Part shown: positions 9,485 through 20,686 of the stretch, piece by piece
Numbering within the stretch: the first letter of the stretch is position 1
Layout: each line of letters opens with the position of its first letter
Assembly (NCBI GenBank): GCA_964493385.1
Contig: CAZBNW010000004.1
Coordinates: forward strand, 566-64,565
DNA from: an uncultured archaeon
Lineage (GTDB): Archaea; Asgardarchaeota; Lokiarchaeia; Sigyniarchaeales; SOKP01
DNA: 64,000 nucleotides
Direction: 5' to 3'
Notes under the pieces: model-generated
Told to the model about the DNA's origin: nothing
Seen by the model: the letters and a program-made list of their open reading frames with translations, nothing else
Database searches by the model: none
Made by a program: the position numbers and the translations under genes

Positions 9485-10664
9485 CTTTTTTTTCTGGTAA
9501 TTTAAATAGAAAAAGAATAATTAATGTCGAAATTACTGGAAATATCATCATGAAAGACATAGATATATAATAATTAGACGGGAAAACTGCTAATAAAAAA
9601 CTAAAAAATACACCCCCTACTGTGGCACCCGCATACAAACTTGTGTTAGCATATCCCATGTACTTCCCCTTATTTTGAGGCGTAGAATTTTGAGCTATAT
9701 AAACTATGATTGCCATCCAATACATTGAATAGCTAAGAGAGATCATAATCTGAAAAATAAAGAAGCTCCAAAAATCAACAGACACAATATACCCAAAAAT
9801 AACAATAACAGATAAAATATTACCTATAATTATAAAAAATTTGATTTTCTTTTGAGTTAATATCTTTCCTACTAAAAGCAATAGAAAAAATTGTAATAAT
9901 GGATTTAAACCAATTAAAAATCCAATTTCAGTATTACTGGGTATGAAAATGTACATGATAAGTATAATAATCGTCAAGATTGGTTGGATACCAAAATTTC
10001 TAAAAAATTAGCTATAAAATAATGATTGAGAAATTTGGTCATCTTGTTCGGGAGGATTCATTAGCGTTTCTTTTTCAATATTCTCAGTTACCTTTTTATG
10101 ACTTTCTAATATTAACTGTCTATTCTCTCTAATGAAAAAAACAAAAATTATGCTTATCAAGTAAGTTATTAAGGTAAAAAAGAATATGTTTACAATACTA
10201 AATACATCGATCAACAAACCACCTATGAGTACTCCTAAAAACCATCCAATTGCGCCAATAGCGTTATAATAGGATATCCATTTTGTATCATTCTGAACTA
10301 ACTCACTGTAAAGAGTAAGATAAATTGTCAAAAATGAGGTGAAAAAGCCAAGGATAAATAGTTCTATATTTAATATTACTATATTTTGAGTAAATAAAAG
10401 TAAAACTAAAGTAATAAGCATCCCACCTGAACCAAAATATATAAAATAAACTCTATTCTGGAGTTTGTCTGAATATTTGCCTAAAAATGGTGGAAAAATA
10501 ACTAACGCGGACATAAAGACTGTTACTGTTAAAGTAATTATTGATGGTTCTGTACCTAAATCCTCTAAAAATGGGGGTACATAGGTAAGTAACATCATTA
10601 TAGAGAAGTAAATGAAAAAAGCAGATATTAAAAGAAAGACAACGGATTTTTTTGAAACAATCAC
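9444..10664 (-). pseudogene. MFS transporter paralogue interrupted by an in-frame TAA (10008..10010)
   Basis: ORFs 10008..10664 and 9444..9977 are in the same frame and together are colinear with the intact neighbour 10761..11930. The TAA aligns with a Leu codon of the paralogue. Confidence 0.7.
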
Positions 10665-10760
10665 AGATTATTCGCCTATTCTAATATGTAAAGAAATAAA
10701 TCTTTTTTCGATGAAAATATTTGAAAATAACTTCTATATAAAGGTATTTTAATACGCCCT

Positions 10761-11930
10761 TTAATCACTTTTAAACTTCATAAGAATGGCTAGAGTAGAT
10801 ATTAATGGAAAAATCATCATTATCCACATAAAAGCATAATAGTTAGGATTGAATGACAACAACAAGCTAAAGAAAAGTCCTCCTGAAAAACCACCTGAGA
10901 AGAAAGAAGAGTTTGCATATCCAAGGTATTTGCCCTTATTTCTTGGATTTGTTTTTTGAGCAATATAGATTTGTGTAGCATTCCAAAATAATGCAAATGA
11001 ACTTGAAATCATAATTTGACTCAGTAAAAATCCAAAAAAATCAGTTGCTAACATATAACCCAATATGGCTACACTGCTCAAAAAAAATCCCGTCATCAAA
11101 ATATATTTTTCATTCTTTTTTGTAATAATTTTACCTATTAATAGCATTAGAAAAAATTGTAGTAATGGGTTAAATCCTAATAGAAATCCAATTTGAGTCT
11201 CACTCTTCAAATTAATAATCATTAAAACAGCTAATATTGTAATAATTGGCCTAACACCAAAATGACGGGAAAAGAGGGCAATATAGATAGATTTCGAAAT
11301 AATATTTTTCTTTTCAACATTGGTTAAGTAATTAAATTCAGAGTTTTCAACTTCTTCACTATTATAATGCTCTAATATAACACTCCGGTTTTCTCTAATA
11401 AAAATAATAATAAATACATTAATCAATGAAATGATTAGTAAAAAAATAAAGATTTGTGAAATCCCATATATATCAATAAAAATTCCCCCAAGTTGAGATC
11501 CGAGAAACCACCCAAACACGGAGATTGCATTGTAAAAAGTGACAAATTTAGGATTGTTTTTTGTCAATTCTTGATACAATGTAAAATTTAGTCTATATGA
11601 AGCACCGCACATACTATAAAAAATTAAAACAATTATTATTAATATTAAATTATTTGAAAAGGTTAAAGTTAGGATAGTCATACTTGCGCCAATTGAACCC
11701 AATAAGATAAATACATATCGATTTTGTAATTTATCCGAATATTTGCCTAAAAATTGAGGTAGAAAAATCATACTAAAAGGGTACACCGTAGTAATTAATT
11801 GTACTACTGGTGGAGTAAATCCTAGGTTTTTTAAATATAGAGGAAGATAATAAATCAGTCCCATAGCAGCTGTTCCATAAATTAAAACCGAGATTAAGAT
11901 AAGAACGACAGATCTTTTTGATATAATCAC
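10761..11930 (-). CDS. MFS-type transporter
   Basis: 389 aa with about 12 hydrophobic segments; it is the intact tandem paralogue of 9444..10664. Confidence 0.75.
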   Translation of the reverse strand: MIISKRSVVLILISVLIYGTAAMGLIYYLPLYLKNLGFTPPVVQLITTVYPFSMIFLPQFLGKYSDKLQNRYVFILLGSIGASMTILTLTFSNNLILIIIVLIFYSMCGASYRLNFTLYQELTKNNPKFVTFYNAISVFGWFLGSQLGGIFIDIYGISQIFIFLLIISLINVFIIIFIRENRSVILEHYNSEEVENSEFNYLTNVEKKNIISKSIYIALFSRHFGVRPIITILAVLMIINLKSETQIGFLLGFNPLLQFFLMLLIGKIITKKNEKYILMTGFFLSSVAILGYMLATDFFGFLLSQIMISSSFALFWNATQIYIAQKTNPRNKGKYLGYANSSFFSGGFSGGLFFSLLLSFNPNYYAFMWIMMIFPLISTLAILMKFKSD

Positions 11931-11942
11931 TATATTGTCTCC

Positions 11943-13742
11943 TTAAACGTTTGGTGAGCGAAGATTTTTTATCATTGTATATAACTCGATTAATTTCTGG
12001 GAGACAATATTCCATCTAAAATTGTTTTTAACTCTTTTATAACAGTTCTCTTTAATTTTATTGTAATAATCTGGATCCAAAAGTACGAGGGATTTAAGAA
12101 TTTCATCAGGAATTTGATTTACTATCTTAAAATTTTCTGTGTCATAAATTAATTCCTTACTTTTTACTTTCTCGGATATTTCTTTTAATTTAAAAATAGA
12201 AATTAGTGCTTCAGCAAACTGAGATGGATTATCTTTTTCAATCAAAATACCGGTGCCAATTTCAGGAAAACTTCTAATATCTATTATAGATTCTTGAAAC
12301 CCTCCGACTCTTGTTGCGATTACTGGCAATTTTGTAGACATTGCTTCTAAAGCAATAATACCAAATGGCTCCCACCTAGACAAGGCACAATAAACATCAG
12401 AAGAAATATGTGCGAGATGAAAAATATCTGTAGCTACTCCAAAAATAATTCTTATGTTATTAGGATACTTTTTAACGTATTGGGCATAGTTCTTTATTTC
12501 ATTTATACTATAATCGGTAGGTAGTATGAGAAATAAGAATTTAGCATTAGGGATTGCTTTTATTACTTTTGGAATGGCCTCAAAAATTGTTTCAAATCCT
12601 TTTTGTGGTGAAATTCTTCCAGTTGTGATTACTAAAGGTCCTGATTCGTCGAAAGCCCTAATATATCCGTTTCTGACGAATTCATTTCCATTTGAAATCT
12701 CATTAATTACCTCCAAGACTTTTTCAGATTGAATTAATGGACTTCTATCTAAATGGGATAATTTATGGGTTAACAAATATTTCTTCATATCTGATAATGT
12801 TAAATCATTCCCATACGATATATCTAAAGTTTCTCTTATTTCATATTCATGATTGTTTAATACTTGTTGAAAAATCTCATCATAATCCCAATCACACCCA
12901 TCCCAGACGAAATTAGATTTGAATTCAATTAATTCTTTACCACAATTTGGTATTATATCTGATTTTAAATAGGATTGACTTACTGTTGTCACTAAATCAC
13001 TGATAAATGTCCCTATTTGTTCTACTGAAGGTGGCTGATAAACTCCACTTATTTTTTCACAAATAGAGAAAATTTCATGTAGAGTTAATGGTTTAATTCC
13101 TTCTTTTAAATGAATAGTAATAGGAGTTTGATCGATTCCACATGCTCTATAAAAATCAATTGTATATCTTGGCCAAGTTAATAAATGGATAGTAATTACT
13201 GAGGATACATCTAACCCGTTTTTAGCTAATATTTGTTTAATTCCAATAAATGGGATAACTGCATGATAATCATGTATATGAATTATATCTGGTAAATCTT
13301 CTTTATGATTGTCAATTAAAAAATCAATATAACAACGCATTCCTATGCTAAACAGGAAAATCTTTCCACTAAGGGTATCTGGATTATATACAATCTTATC
13401 ATCCAAAAATCTACTAGTGAATGGATTTTCCCCATATAATAAAATAATATTTACATTATTAATTCTCGATTTGTAAAAGGAAATATTATAAGTAGTTTCT
13501 GGTTCATTTATTCCAAAATGGGAAGGTTTTATCTGTCCTACACAATTAAATGGTAGTTTTTCCCATTCAAGAGTTTTTTCTAGCTTTTGTATTTGACCAT
13601 GTGAAGGAATAAAAACTGTGATTTCATAATCGTTAGCTAGATGTTTAGCTTGATTAGCGGGTACTTCTCCAAGACCGCCTACTTTCACAATTCCCGCGTA
13701 TTCGAAGGTAAATATCCAAATATTATCTTTGGTACTTTTCAA
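11943..13742 (-). CDS. glgA: Glycogen/starch synthase-like glycosyltransferase (GT-B fold)
   Basis: N-terminal FEYAGIVKVGGLGEV (K-x-GGL motif) and C-terminal EPFGIIALEAM. Confidence 0.75.
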   Translation of the reverse strand: MKSTKDNIWIFTFEYAGIVKVGGLGEVPANQAKHLANDYEITVFIPSHGQIQKLEKTLEWEKLPFNCVGQIKPSHFGINEPETTYNISFYKSRINNVNIILLYGENPFTSRFLDDKIVYNPDTLSGKIFLFSIGMRCYIDFLIDNHKEDLPDIIHIHDYHAVIPFIGIKQILAKNGLDVSSVITIHLLTWPRYTIDFYRACGIDQTPITIHLKEGIKPLTLHEIFSICEKISGVYQPPSVEQIGTFISDLVTTVSQSYLKSDIIPNCGKELIEFKSNFVWDGCDWDYDEIFQQVLNNHEYEIRETLDISYGNDLTLSDMKKYLLTHKLSHLDRSPLIQSEKVLEVINEISNGNEFVRNGYIRAFDESGPLVITTGRISPQKGFETIFEAIPKVIKAIPNAKFLFLILPTDYSINEIKNYAQYVKKYPNNIRIIFGVATDIFHLAHISSDVYCALSRWEPFGIIALEAMSTKLPVIATRVGGFQESIIDIRSFPEIGTGILIEKDNPSQFAEALISIFKLKEISEKVKSKELIYDTENFKIVNQIPDEILKSLVLLDPDYYNKIKENCYKRVKNNFRWNIVSQKLIELYTMIKNLRSPNV

Positions 13743-13973
13743 AATGTCTCAATCTTTATAGAATGCTGTTAGTAGTCTTAAATCCAAATGTTCAGTATAA
13801 TTTTTATAACAATAAGTTCTAATTCGTTAAAAAAAGAATTTTATTAAAACTTAATTAAAATCGGATTTGTTTGAATCATATACGACAATAAGTAAATTTT
13901 ATAATGATGTAATAATGCTAATTGGTAATAATTCAATATGAAATAATTAAGAATTATATAGGTGATAAACAAA

Positions 13974-14348
13974 ATGGTAAATATTGAAGAAATTGATACT
14001 GGTACTCCAAAAGCGGGACCATATAGTTTAGGTATAAAAGCTGCGAATCTCCTTTTTATCTCAGGACAAGTTACTACACCAGAGGCGCAAGGTATAAAGG
14101 GACAAACGTTATCTGCGTTTGAAAAAATAAAAAATATTTTAGAAGCTGCTGGAGCAAGTGTTTCTAATATAGTTAAAGTGAGTGTTTTTTTAAAAAACAT
14201 TTCCGATTTCAAAGAGATGAATCAAGCTTATAAAGGATTTTTCGTACAAAATGGTGTGACTGAAAAATTTCCCACAAGAACTACTATCGAAGCAACTTGT
14301 CCACTACCATACGGATTAATTGAGATTGATGCTATAGCTGTAATTTAA
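13974..14348 (+). CDS. ridA: RidA/YjgF/L-PSP family enamine/imine deaminase
   Basis: GPYSLGIKAANLLFISGQV and IEIDAIA. SD TAGGTGAT lies 7 nt before ATG 13974, so the listed GTG 13962 is part of that SD. Confidence 0.85.
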   Translation: MVNIEEIDTGTPKAGPYSLGIKAANLLFISGQVTTPEAQGIKGQTLSAFEKIKNILEAAGASVSNIVKVSVFLKNISDFKEMNQAYKGFFVQNGVTEKFPTRTTIEATCPLPYGLIEIDAIAVI

Positions 14349-14461
14349 ACAATCTATTTTTTTTTCTCTTTTTTTGAATTAGAATACCATTTTACATTTA
14401 TTAACCGATATTTTTATTTTAAATTAGATTTTCATTTTTATTATATTTTAAAAAAAGCGAA

Positions 14462-15691
14462 GTGATAGTATTGGACAATATAGAAAAAATGCTATTAGAA
14501 AAAATAGATAATATGAAAGATGATATTATCAATTTTCTCCAAGAGTTAATTCGTATTCCTTCTGAGGTTCCTCCAGCGAAATACAGACAGATTTCTCAAT
14601 TCGTGGCAGCCAAAATGGAAGAGTTTGGAATAAAAACTCAAGTTAAACGAAAAAATGTAATAGGTGAGATAGACGGCGAAAGTGGACCATCTTTGATACT
14701 ATATAGTCATATAGATACAGTTCCCGCTTTTACAGGATGGAAAAAAGATCCTTATGGCGGTGAAATAATAGAGAATAAAATTTATGGACGAGGGGCTGCA
14801 GATGATAAAACTTGTGTAGCAGCAGCATTATTCGCTCTTAAAGCAATAATGGATCTTGGAGTAAATTTTAATGGAAAATTGATACTTGCTGCTGTCATTA
14901 ATGAGGAAATTGGCGGGATTCACGGTATCGAATATCTTCTTGAGAAAGGATATATAAAAGGAGATGCTTGTTTATTAGGTGATGCTTATAGTGATTATCC
15001 ATCTGGATATTTAGGGGGCGGATTTTTTATAAGGTTTATTATTAATGGAAAGCTAACACATTTAGAGGAATTTCCTGATCTCCCTCTTCCTAATCGAAAT
15101 AAATATTCTGGGATTAATGCTATTCAAAAAATGATACCTATAATGAATTTTTTAATGGAATTACAAGAAGAATTTAAGAAAGTGGAAACTAAATATCTAT
15201 TACACCCAGATCTTCCGTGTAAAATATCTACTGTTAATTTAGCAATAATAGAAGGAGGAAAAGGACATACTTCAGTACCTGATAAATGTATTTTACAATG
15301 TTTTATCAATACAATTCCAGAACAAGATGTAGAGATTTTAAAAACAAGAGTATTAGATTATATAGAAAATATGAAAAATAAAGACCCTGATTTAAATATT
15401 GACGTTAATGTTGCAAGGATTTTTAAACCACATAAAGTAGATGTAAACACAAATTTTGCTAAAGTTGTAAAAAATTCATACAAATCTGTTTATGGAGAAG
15501 AAAGAGAATTTAAATTGTACACACCCATTACTGATGCTCAATCATTTATAGAAAAAGGAATCGAAACAATTTTAATTGGTCCAATTCGTGGAGAAAATAA
15601 TATACATGCGATTGATGAGTTTGTGTATATTGAAGATGTAATGAATGTAACAAAATTGTATGCCCTTACAGCATTTAATTACCTGAAATAA
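14462..15691 (+). CDS. M20-family metallopeptidase (ArgE/DapE/acetylornithine deacetylase-like)
   Basis: LYSHIDTVP, GRGAADDK and an NEE.GG block. Confidence 0.8.
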   Translation: MIVLDNIEKMLLEKIDNMKDDIINFLQELIRIPSEVPPAKYRQISQFVAAKMEEFGIKTQVKRKNVIGEIDGESGPSLILYSHIDTVPAFTGWKKDPYGGEIIENKIYGRGAADDKTCVAAALFALKAIMDLGVNFNGKLILAAVINEEIGGIHGIEYLLEKGYIKGDACLLGDAYSDYPSGYLGGGFFIRFIINGKLTHLEEFPDLPLPNRNKYSGINAIQKMIPIMNFLMELQEEFKKVETKYLLHPDLPCKISTVNLAIIEGGKGHTSVPDKCILQCFINTIPEQDVEILKTRVLDYIENMKNKDPDLNIDVNVARIFKPHKVDVNTNFAKVVKNSYKSVYGEEREFKLYTPITDAQSFIEKGIETILIGPIRGENNIHAIDEFVYIEDVMNVTKLYALTAFNYLK

Positions 15692-15715
15692 ACCAAAAAA
15701 GAAAAAAAAATAGCT

Positions 15716-16882
15716 ATGTGTGATACTTTAGTAGCATTGGGCAATTCTACTTATGATGGAAGTGTAATTTTTGGCAAGAATTCAGATCGCCCGTTTAATG
15801 AGGTTCAATTAATAACATATTCCCCTAAATCTAGATTTTCGAAAGGAGAAGAAGTAAAATGTACATATATTTCGATTCCCCAAGTTACTGAGACCGCAGC
15901 AATTATATTAAGTCAACCATGGTGGATGTGGGGTGCAGAAATGGGTGCTAATGAGTATGGAGTTGTAATTGGAAATGAGGCAGTATATACTCATGAACCA
16001 TTAAGGAATTCTGGTCTTTTAGGTATGGATCTATTAAGGTTAGGACTTGAGAGAGAAAAAACAGCAAAAGATGCAATGGATGTAATTACATCTTTATTAG
16101 AAAAATTTGGACAAGGAGGAGGTTGTGCATATGACGATCCGAGTTGGTCGTACCATAATTCCTTTATAATTGCAGATTCCAATGAAGCTTATGTATTAGA
16201 AACTGCTGATAAATGGTGGATTGTTGAAAAAGTTAAAAGTGTAAGATCAATTTCAAATGGTATTACTATTAGAGATAAAGGAGACCTCAGGAAAAAAGGA
16301 ATAATCCAACATGCTATTGAAAAAGGATACTGTAAAGACGACAATAATTTCGATTTTGCTGTAACTTTTTCGGGATCTCCGATTTCTACTATACCCTTAC
16401 CTTATTCAAGAGGAGGAAAAACTACTTTATTACTAAACGAGAACGTAGGTAAAATTACCCCAAAATTGATGATGGAATTTCTAAGAGAGCATCAAGCAGG
16501 AATATGTATGCATGGAGGCTCTGAATCGACTGGCTCTCAAGTTTCCCATTTAAGGAAGGGAAAAAAATCGATTCACTGGTTTACAGGAACTACACTTCCA
16601 TGTGTTAGTATTTATAAACCTTATGCTTTTCCTATTGAGGGTCAAAAATATTATGACTCAGGTCCATATCCAATGGTTAACTCTGACTGGTTTTGGTGTA
16701 AGCATACAATTTCCAAACCCGTAAACAAAAAAACTGAACTTAGAAACATTGAAAATTCTATTATTTCAAAAATAAATGACTTGATAATTCAAGAGGACAA
16801 AATTGCTGAAGAGAACTTCATAGAAAAAATGAAATTACTTAATTTAGAATCATGGAATAAATCTTATGAGTCGATAAATTAA
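15716..16882 (+). CDS. C69-family Ntn-hydrolase dipeptidase, secernin-like
   Basis: N-terminal MCDTLVAL..GSVIFGKNSDRPFNEVQ, with the catalytic Cys right after Met. Confidence 0.7.
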   Translation: MCDTLVALGNSTYDGSVIFGKNSDRPFNEVQLITYSPKSRFSKGEEVKCTYISIPQVTETAAIILSQPWWMWGAEMGANEYGVVIGNEAVYTHEPLRNSGLLGMDLLRLGLEREKTAKDAMDVITSLLEKFGQGGGCAYDDPSWSYHNSFIIADSNEAYVLETADKWWIVEKVKSVRSISNGITIRDKGDLRKKGIIQHAIEKGYCKDDNNFDFAVTFSGSPISTIPLPYSRGGKTTLLLNENVGKITPKLMMEFLREHQAGICMHGGSESTGSQVSHLRKGKKSIHWFTGTTLPCVSIYKPYAFPIEGQKYYDSGPYPMVNSDWFWCKHTISKPVNKKTELRNIENSIISKINDLIIQEDKIAEENFIEKMKLLNLESWNKSYESIN

Positions 16883-17082
16883 ATTTGAGTAATTAATATA
16901 ATCTTTAAACGAAATTTTAACTTTGTTGAAAGAAACTCTCATCAGTTGAAATCAAAAGTAAAAAAAAACAGAAATTTTATTCATTATCCCATAGGGTAAT
17001 TATTTGAAAAAACTTAATAGTATTGAAATATTTCTTCCATTAATTTAAGAGTGGAAAATAGATTATAGATAATTAATTTAAA

Positions 17083-17376
17083 ATGTCGCTGAATAAATTA
17101 GAAATATTAGGCATGGAGGGAGTTATTTCAAATTATAAACGTGGTCGCCATACAGTACACCAGAAACACTGTATCTTATTCTTCCCAAATATAAAAACAA
17201 GAAAAAATGCTAATAAACTTATTGGGAGAGTAGTTATTTGGACTACTCCTACAGGTAAGGAATTAAAAGGAGTAATAACTCGAGCACATGGAAATAATGG
17301 TGCTGTAAGAGCGCACTTTAAGAAAGCGGGAGTTCCAGGTCAAGCTTTAGGAAAAAAAGTAAAAATAATTAAATAA
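17083..17376 (+). CDS. rpl35ae: Ribosomal protein L35Ae (eL33)
   Basis: GVISNYKRGRHTVHQ...GVITRAHGNNGAVRAHF. Confidence 0.85.
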   Translation: MSLNKLEILGMEGVISNYKRGRHTVHQKHCILFFPNIKTRKNANKLIGRVVIWTTPTGKELKGVITRAHGNNGAVRAHFKKAGVPGQALGKKVKIIK

Positions 17377-17534
17377 CTTTTTTAACACCACACTTATCCT
17401 TCTTCCCAGTTATATCTGGATATTACATGATACATGTATAATATAATGATATAATAAGAAAAGAATTTCTTATTCTTTTGAAAAAGCGATTTTAAAGATT
17501 TCTTATATTATTTGGTTGGGTTAAAAAATTAAAG

Positions 17535-19514
17535 ATGTCAGATCAAGTTTGTCGTTTTTGTCACAGATATGTTAAGTTAGCTTATTATTGTGAAGAGTGT
17601 GGCACTAGTTGTTGTTCTGACTGTTTACATGAGAAAAAAGTTGATTTTTTCATTTGTCAAGATTGTAAATCAAAATATATTAAAATTTTAGACTCTGAAA
17701 AAAAGAAAGTTTGCAATGAATGTGGAAAAGAGAATATAATTAAAGTTAATCAACGTTTAAAATCTTGCCCAAAATGTGATTCGCATCAAATAATTAATAT
17801 TTATGAGAAAAAAGAAGAACTTGAAAAGAGGTTTTTAGACTTAATTAAAAATTCACGATTATTCGTTAATCCCTTAAAAGATATTCTTGATAAGTTATAT
17901 TTATATCAAACAAAAATCAAGGAGGTAAGAGATCCTCCCAATAAATGTTATCACTTTCCTAAAATGGAATCAGATTTATTAGCTCTTTTTAAATTATATC
18001 TCTATATACAGAATACTTTATTTGAAAAAATAAATGTTCATTTTCATCAATTAAATCAAAATAAAGAATATTTCTTTGATACTTACACTCAACCAAATTC
18101 GAATATAACTATCATTGAAGGAATTTTTGAAAATTTATCAAGAAGTTTTAATGCTATCGATGAGTTTATAACAAATAATTTCCAAACATTCAATGATAGT
18201 TTTGAAACCTTCGAAAAAAACTTACAATTTATTGCTAAGATAAGTTATTATTTTAGCGCTTATAAGAAACTACTAAGGCTTGCGGGAAGTGAAAAACCTG
18301 TTTATGCTATTTTTGCTAAATTAACCAATGGATTGAATACCCAAGAAAAATTCAAGAAAGATAAAGGGATTTTATTTATTACTAATTTTGATCTATCATT
18401 TGTTCATGAACATGGTGTAGTTAAAAAGAAAAAGGAATTAATTTTTAAAGCACCTGTTCAAGATTTAACAAGAATAAGAGAAAAAGGTAAAGTTTTCAAA
18501 AAGCTATATATTGAGTTCACATACGGAAAATATGAGTTTACATTACCCCCTAAAGCGGTTTCTAGAGTAATTGAATACATTCTTCTAGCAAGAACTTTTG
18601 ATGAAACTACGATATATGATGTAAAAACAGCGGAAAAACTTCAACAAATTAATATTGACTTAAATGAATTAATAAACTATATTGAAGAAAGCATTAACTC
18701 ATTTTTTAGTATAAAATGTCAATATAATAAAAATTTTGAAAACCCACATAATTATAATAAAGATTTAGCTAACCCTTTTAATGTTCACCCCAATCAAATA
18801 CCCAATTTTGTATCTCGACCACAGCATCAATTTATCTACCCCCAAAATAGGGCTCAACCTTGGCTCAACTTTGCAGGAAATTCAAATTTTTATCATAAAA
18901 TAAATAATTCACCTTATATCCAACCTCCTATTCAATCACCTCAATTTATCGGCAATTCTCAAATACCTCCCTATGATAAAAATAATTTCTTTTTACAAAA
19001 TGTCTATAATCCAAATCGCTTTCAAAATTACAATCCTCAGAGAATAAATTCTAATAATGAATTACTCAACAACTTAAATCCCTACTCCCCAAACCCAGTA
19101 AATAATATAAATAATAATATATACAATGAAAATGATTATTCTTTAAATAATGAAGCGGCATTCGAAGATTATAATAGAAATCATTTATCTGATTTATTTG
19201 ATTCAGAATATATTTCACCACATAACTCTTATAGATACAAACGAAAGCTTTTTAAAATAGATAAAGAAAAACACAAAAAAATGCTCGAATTGGATAAAGA
19301 GAGATACAGTCTGAAAGAAACACTAAAAAAGCTTGATGCTAAATTCGATCAGGGGATTATTTCTGAGGTTGATTATTTTAAAACCTTTAAGAACCTACAA
19401 AAAGAGATTTATTTAATTGACAAAAAAATACAAGATTTACAAGAAAATCTACAAGAGGTTGAAGATATAAGGAAAAATAGTAAAAACTTTGATAAAAAAC
19501 GGTTTTATACATAA
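17535..19514 (+). CDS. Multi-domain protein: N-terminal Cys-rich zinc fingers, coiled coil, PH/GRAM-like segment, Q/N/P-rich low-complexity region and C-terminal coiled coil
   Basis: CxxC pairs at CRFC, CEEC, CSDC, CQDC, CNEC and CPKC. About 170 aa is N/Q/P-rich (NPHNYNK...NNINNNIYNEND). C-terminal heptad-like segment. Confidence 0.55.
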   Translation: MSDQVCRFCHRYVKLAYYCEECGTSCCSDCLHEKKVDFFICQDCKSKYIKILDSEKKKVCNECGKENIIKVNQRLKSCPKCDSHQIINIYEKKEELEKRFLDLIKNSRLFVNPLKDILDKLYLYQTKIKEVRDPPNKCYHFPKMESDLLALFKLYLYIQNTLFEKINVHFHQLNQNKEYFFDTYTQPNSNITIIEGIFENLSRSFNAIDEFITNNFQTFNDSFETFEKNLQFIAKISYYFSAYKKLLRLAGSEKPVYAIFAKLTNGLNTQEKFKKDKGILFITNFDLSFVHEHGVVKKKKELIFKAPVQDLTRIREKGKVFKKLYIEFTYGKYEFTLPPKAVSRVIEYILLARTFDETTIYDVKTAEKLQQINIDLNELINYIEESINSFFSIKCQYNKNFENPHNYNKDLANPFNVHPNQIPNFVSRPQHQFIYPQNRAQPWLNFAGNSNFYHKINNSPYIQPPIQSPQFIGNSQIPPYDKNNFFLQNVYNPNRFQNYNPQRINSNNELLNNLNPYSPNPVNNINNNIYNENDYSLNNEAAFEDYNRNHLSDLFDSEYISPHNSYRYKRKLFKIDKEKHKKMLELDKERYSLKETLKKLDAKFDQGIISEVDYFKTFKNLQKEIYLIDKKIQDLQENLQEVEDIRKNSKNFDKKRFYT

Positions 19515-19527
19515 AATATTATCCATA

Positions 19528-19552
19528 AATTTTATGCAGAATGCATAAAATT
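19528..19552. terminator. Perfect 11-bp inverted repeat with a 3-nt loop, just downstream of 17535..19514
   Basis: AATTTTATGCA-gaa-TGCATAAAATT, followed by a T-rich tract. Confidence 0.3.
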
Positions 19553-19601
19553 CATATTTTATCTATCCTATATTTATATTTTTATTACTATTCTAAAACT
19601 T

Positions 19602-20621
19602 ATGAATAAAGTGGATGGATTATTTACTACAGTCGTCGGTAGTTGGCCCTTAAGTAATACTACTGATAACATGTTAAGGGTTTTCAACGATATAATAGAT
19701 ATAGGAATTGATTATCCATGTTATCCTCAATTAATTTCAATGATTAGTCAATTTCTATCTCCTTTAGCAAAAACTATTACCCAATTAAAAGAGATTTATA
19801 AAAAATTTTATCTATTTGGAGATTTCGAGAATCCAAAACACAATGTGGCAACAGAATATGGAGAATTGATGATTAAATTTTTGAAAGAACATCCTCATTT
19901 AAATGAGTTAATTAAAGGAACAAAAGCATGTTTAACTGGACCATTTACGCTAGCATTTGAAATTATTTTAAAAGAGGATCTTAGAAAAGGATTCACACGC
20001 TTTATTTTTAAAGAACCGAGAGCAATAATGGTAGATTGGATTATTGATAAGCTCGCAGAAATAATGAAACAAATTGGAGCTGCTTATAATGATATGGGGA
20101 TAAATATAATATCCATGGATGAACCTATATTAGGTCTTTTAGTAGGAAGGAAGCCTTTATTTCATAAAGAAGATTTTTACATTAAAACTATAAATAAAGC
20201 GATATCTGGGATAAAATCCTTGTCATCTGTTCATGTATGTGGTAAAATTAGTCCTAAATTACGAGATATATTATTGAACACAGAAGTAAACATACTAGAT
20301 CACGAGTTTAGAACAAATGAAGAAAATTTCAATATATTTGAAAAAAAGCATTTCCAAGATACAGGTAAATTATTAGCTATGGGGACTGTTGAATCTAAAT
20401 TCGCCCCACTTCACAATAAACGAATTAGCGAATACATTGAGGATATTGAGTTTCTTAAAAAGTTTATAAAAAAAGGAATTGATCAATATGGTTCTGAAAA
20501 TTTAATAATAAAACCGGATTGTGGTTTTTTCGAGTTAAGATCTTTTGGAGAAAAAGATGGATATGAAATAGCAATCAAAAAAGTGAAAAACATGGTCCTT
20601 GCGTTAAAGGAATTAAAATAA
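19602..20621 (+). CDS. MetE C-terminal-like (cobalamin-independent methionine synthase II family) protein
   Basis: N-terminal TTVVGSWP motif, a TIM-barrel-sized 339 aa, and HVCG. Confidence 0.6.
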   Translation: MNKVDGLFTTVVGSWPLSNTTDNMLRVFNDIIDIGIDYPCYPQLISMISQFLSPLAKTITQLKEIYKKFYLFGDFENPKHNVATEYGELMIKFLKEHPHLNELIKGTKACLTGPFTLAFEIILKEDLRKGFTRFIFKEPRAIMVDWIIDKLAEIMKQIGAAYNDMGINIISMDEPILGLLVGRKPLFHKEDFYIKTINKAISGIKSLSSVHVCGKISPKLRDILLNTEVNILDHEFRTNEENFNIFEKKHFQDTGKLLAMGTVESKFAPLHNKRISEYIEDIEFLKKFIKKGIDQYGSENLIIKPDCGFFELRSFGEKDGYEIAIKKVKNMVLALKELK

Positions 20622-20686
20622 TTGATCTTATATTTAAAATTAAAATAGGTTAATAGTAAAAAGTAAAAGATTTATGCAAAAAAGAA

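Noticed and set aside
11773-14212. Listed ORFs 11773..12015, 12526..12732 and 13844..14212
   Set aside because: They overlap the MFS, glycogen synthase and RidA genes out of frame or antisense, and have no recognisable features.
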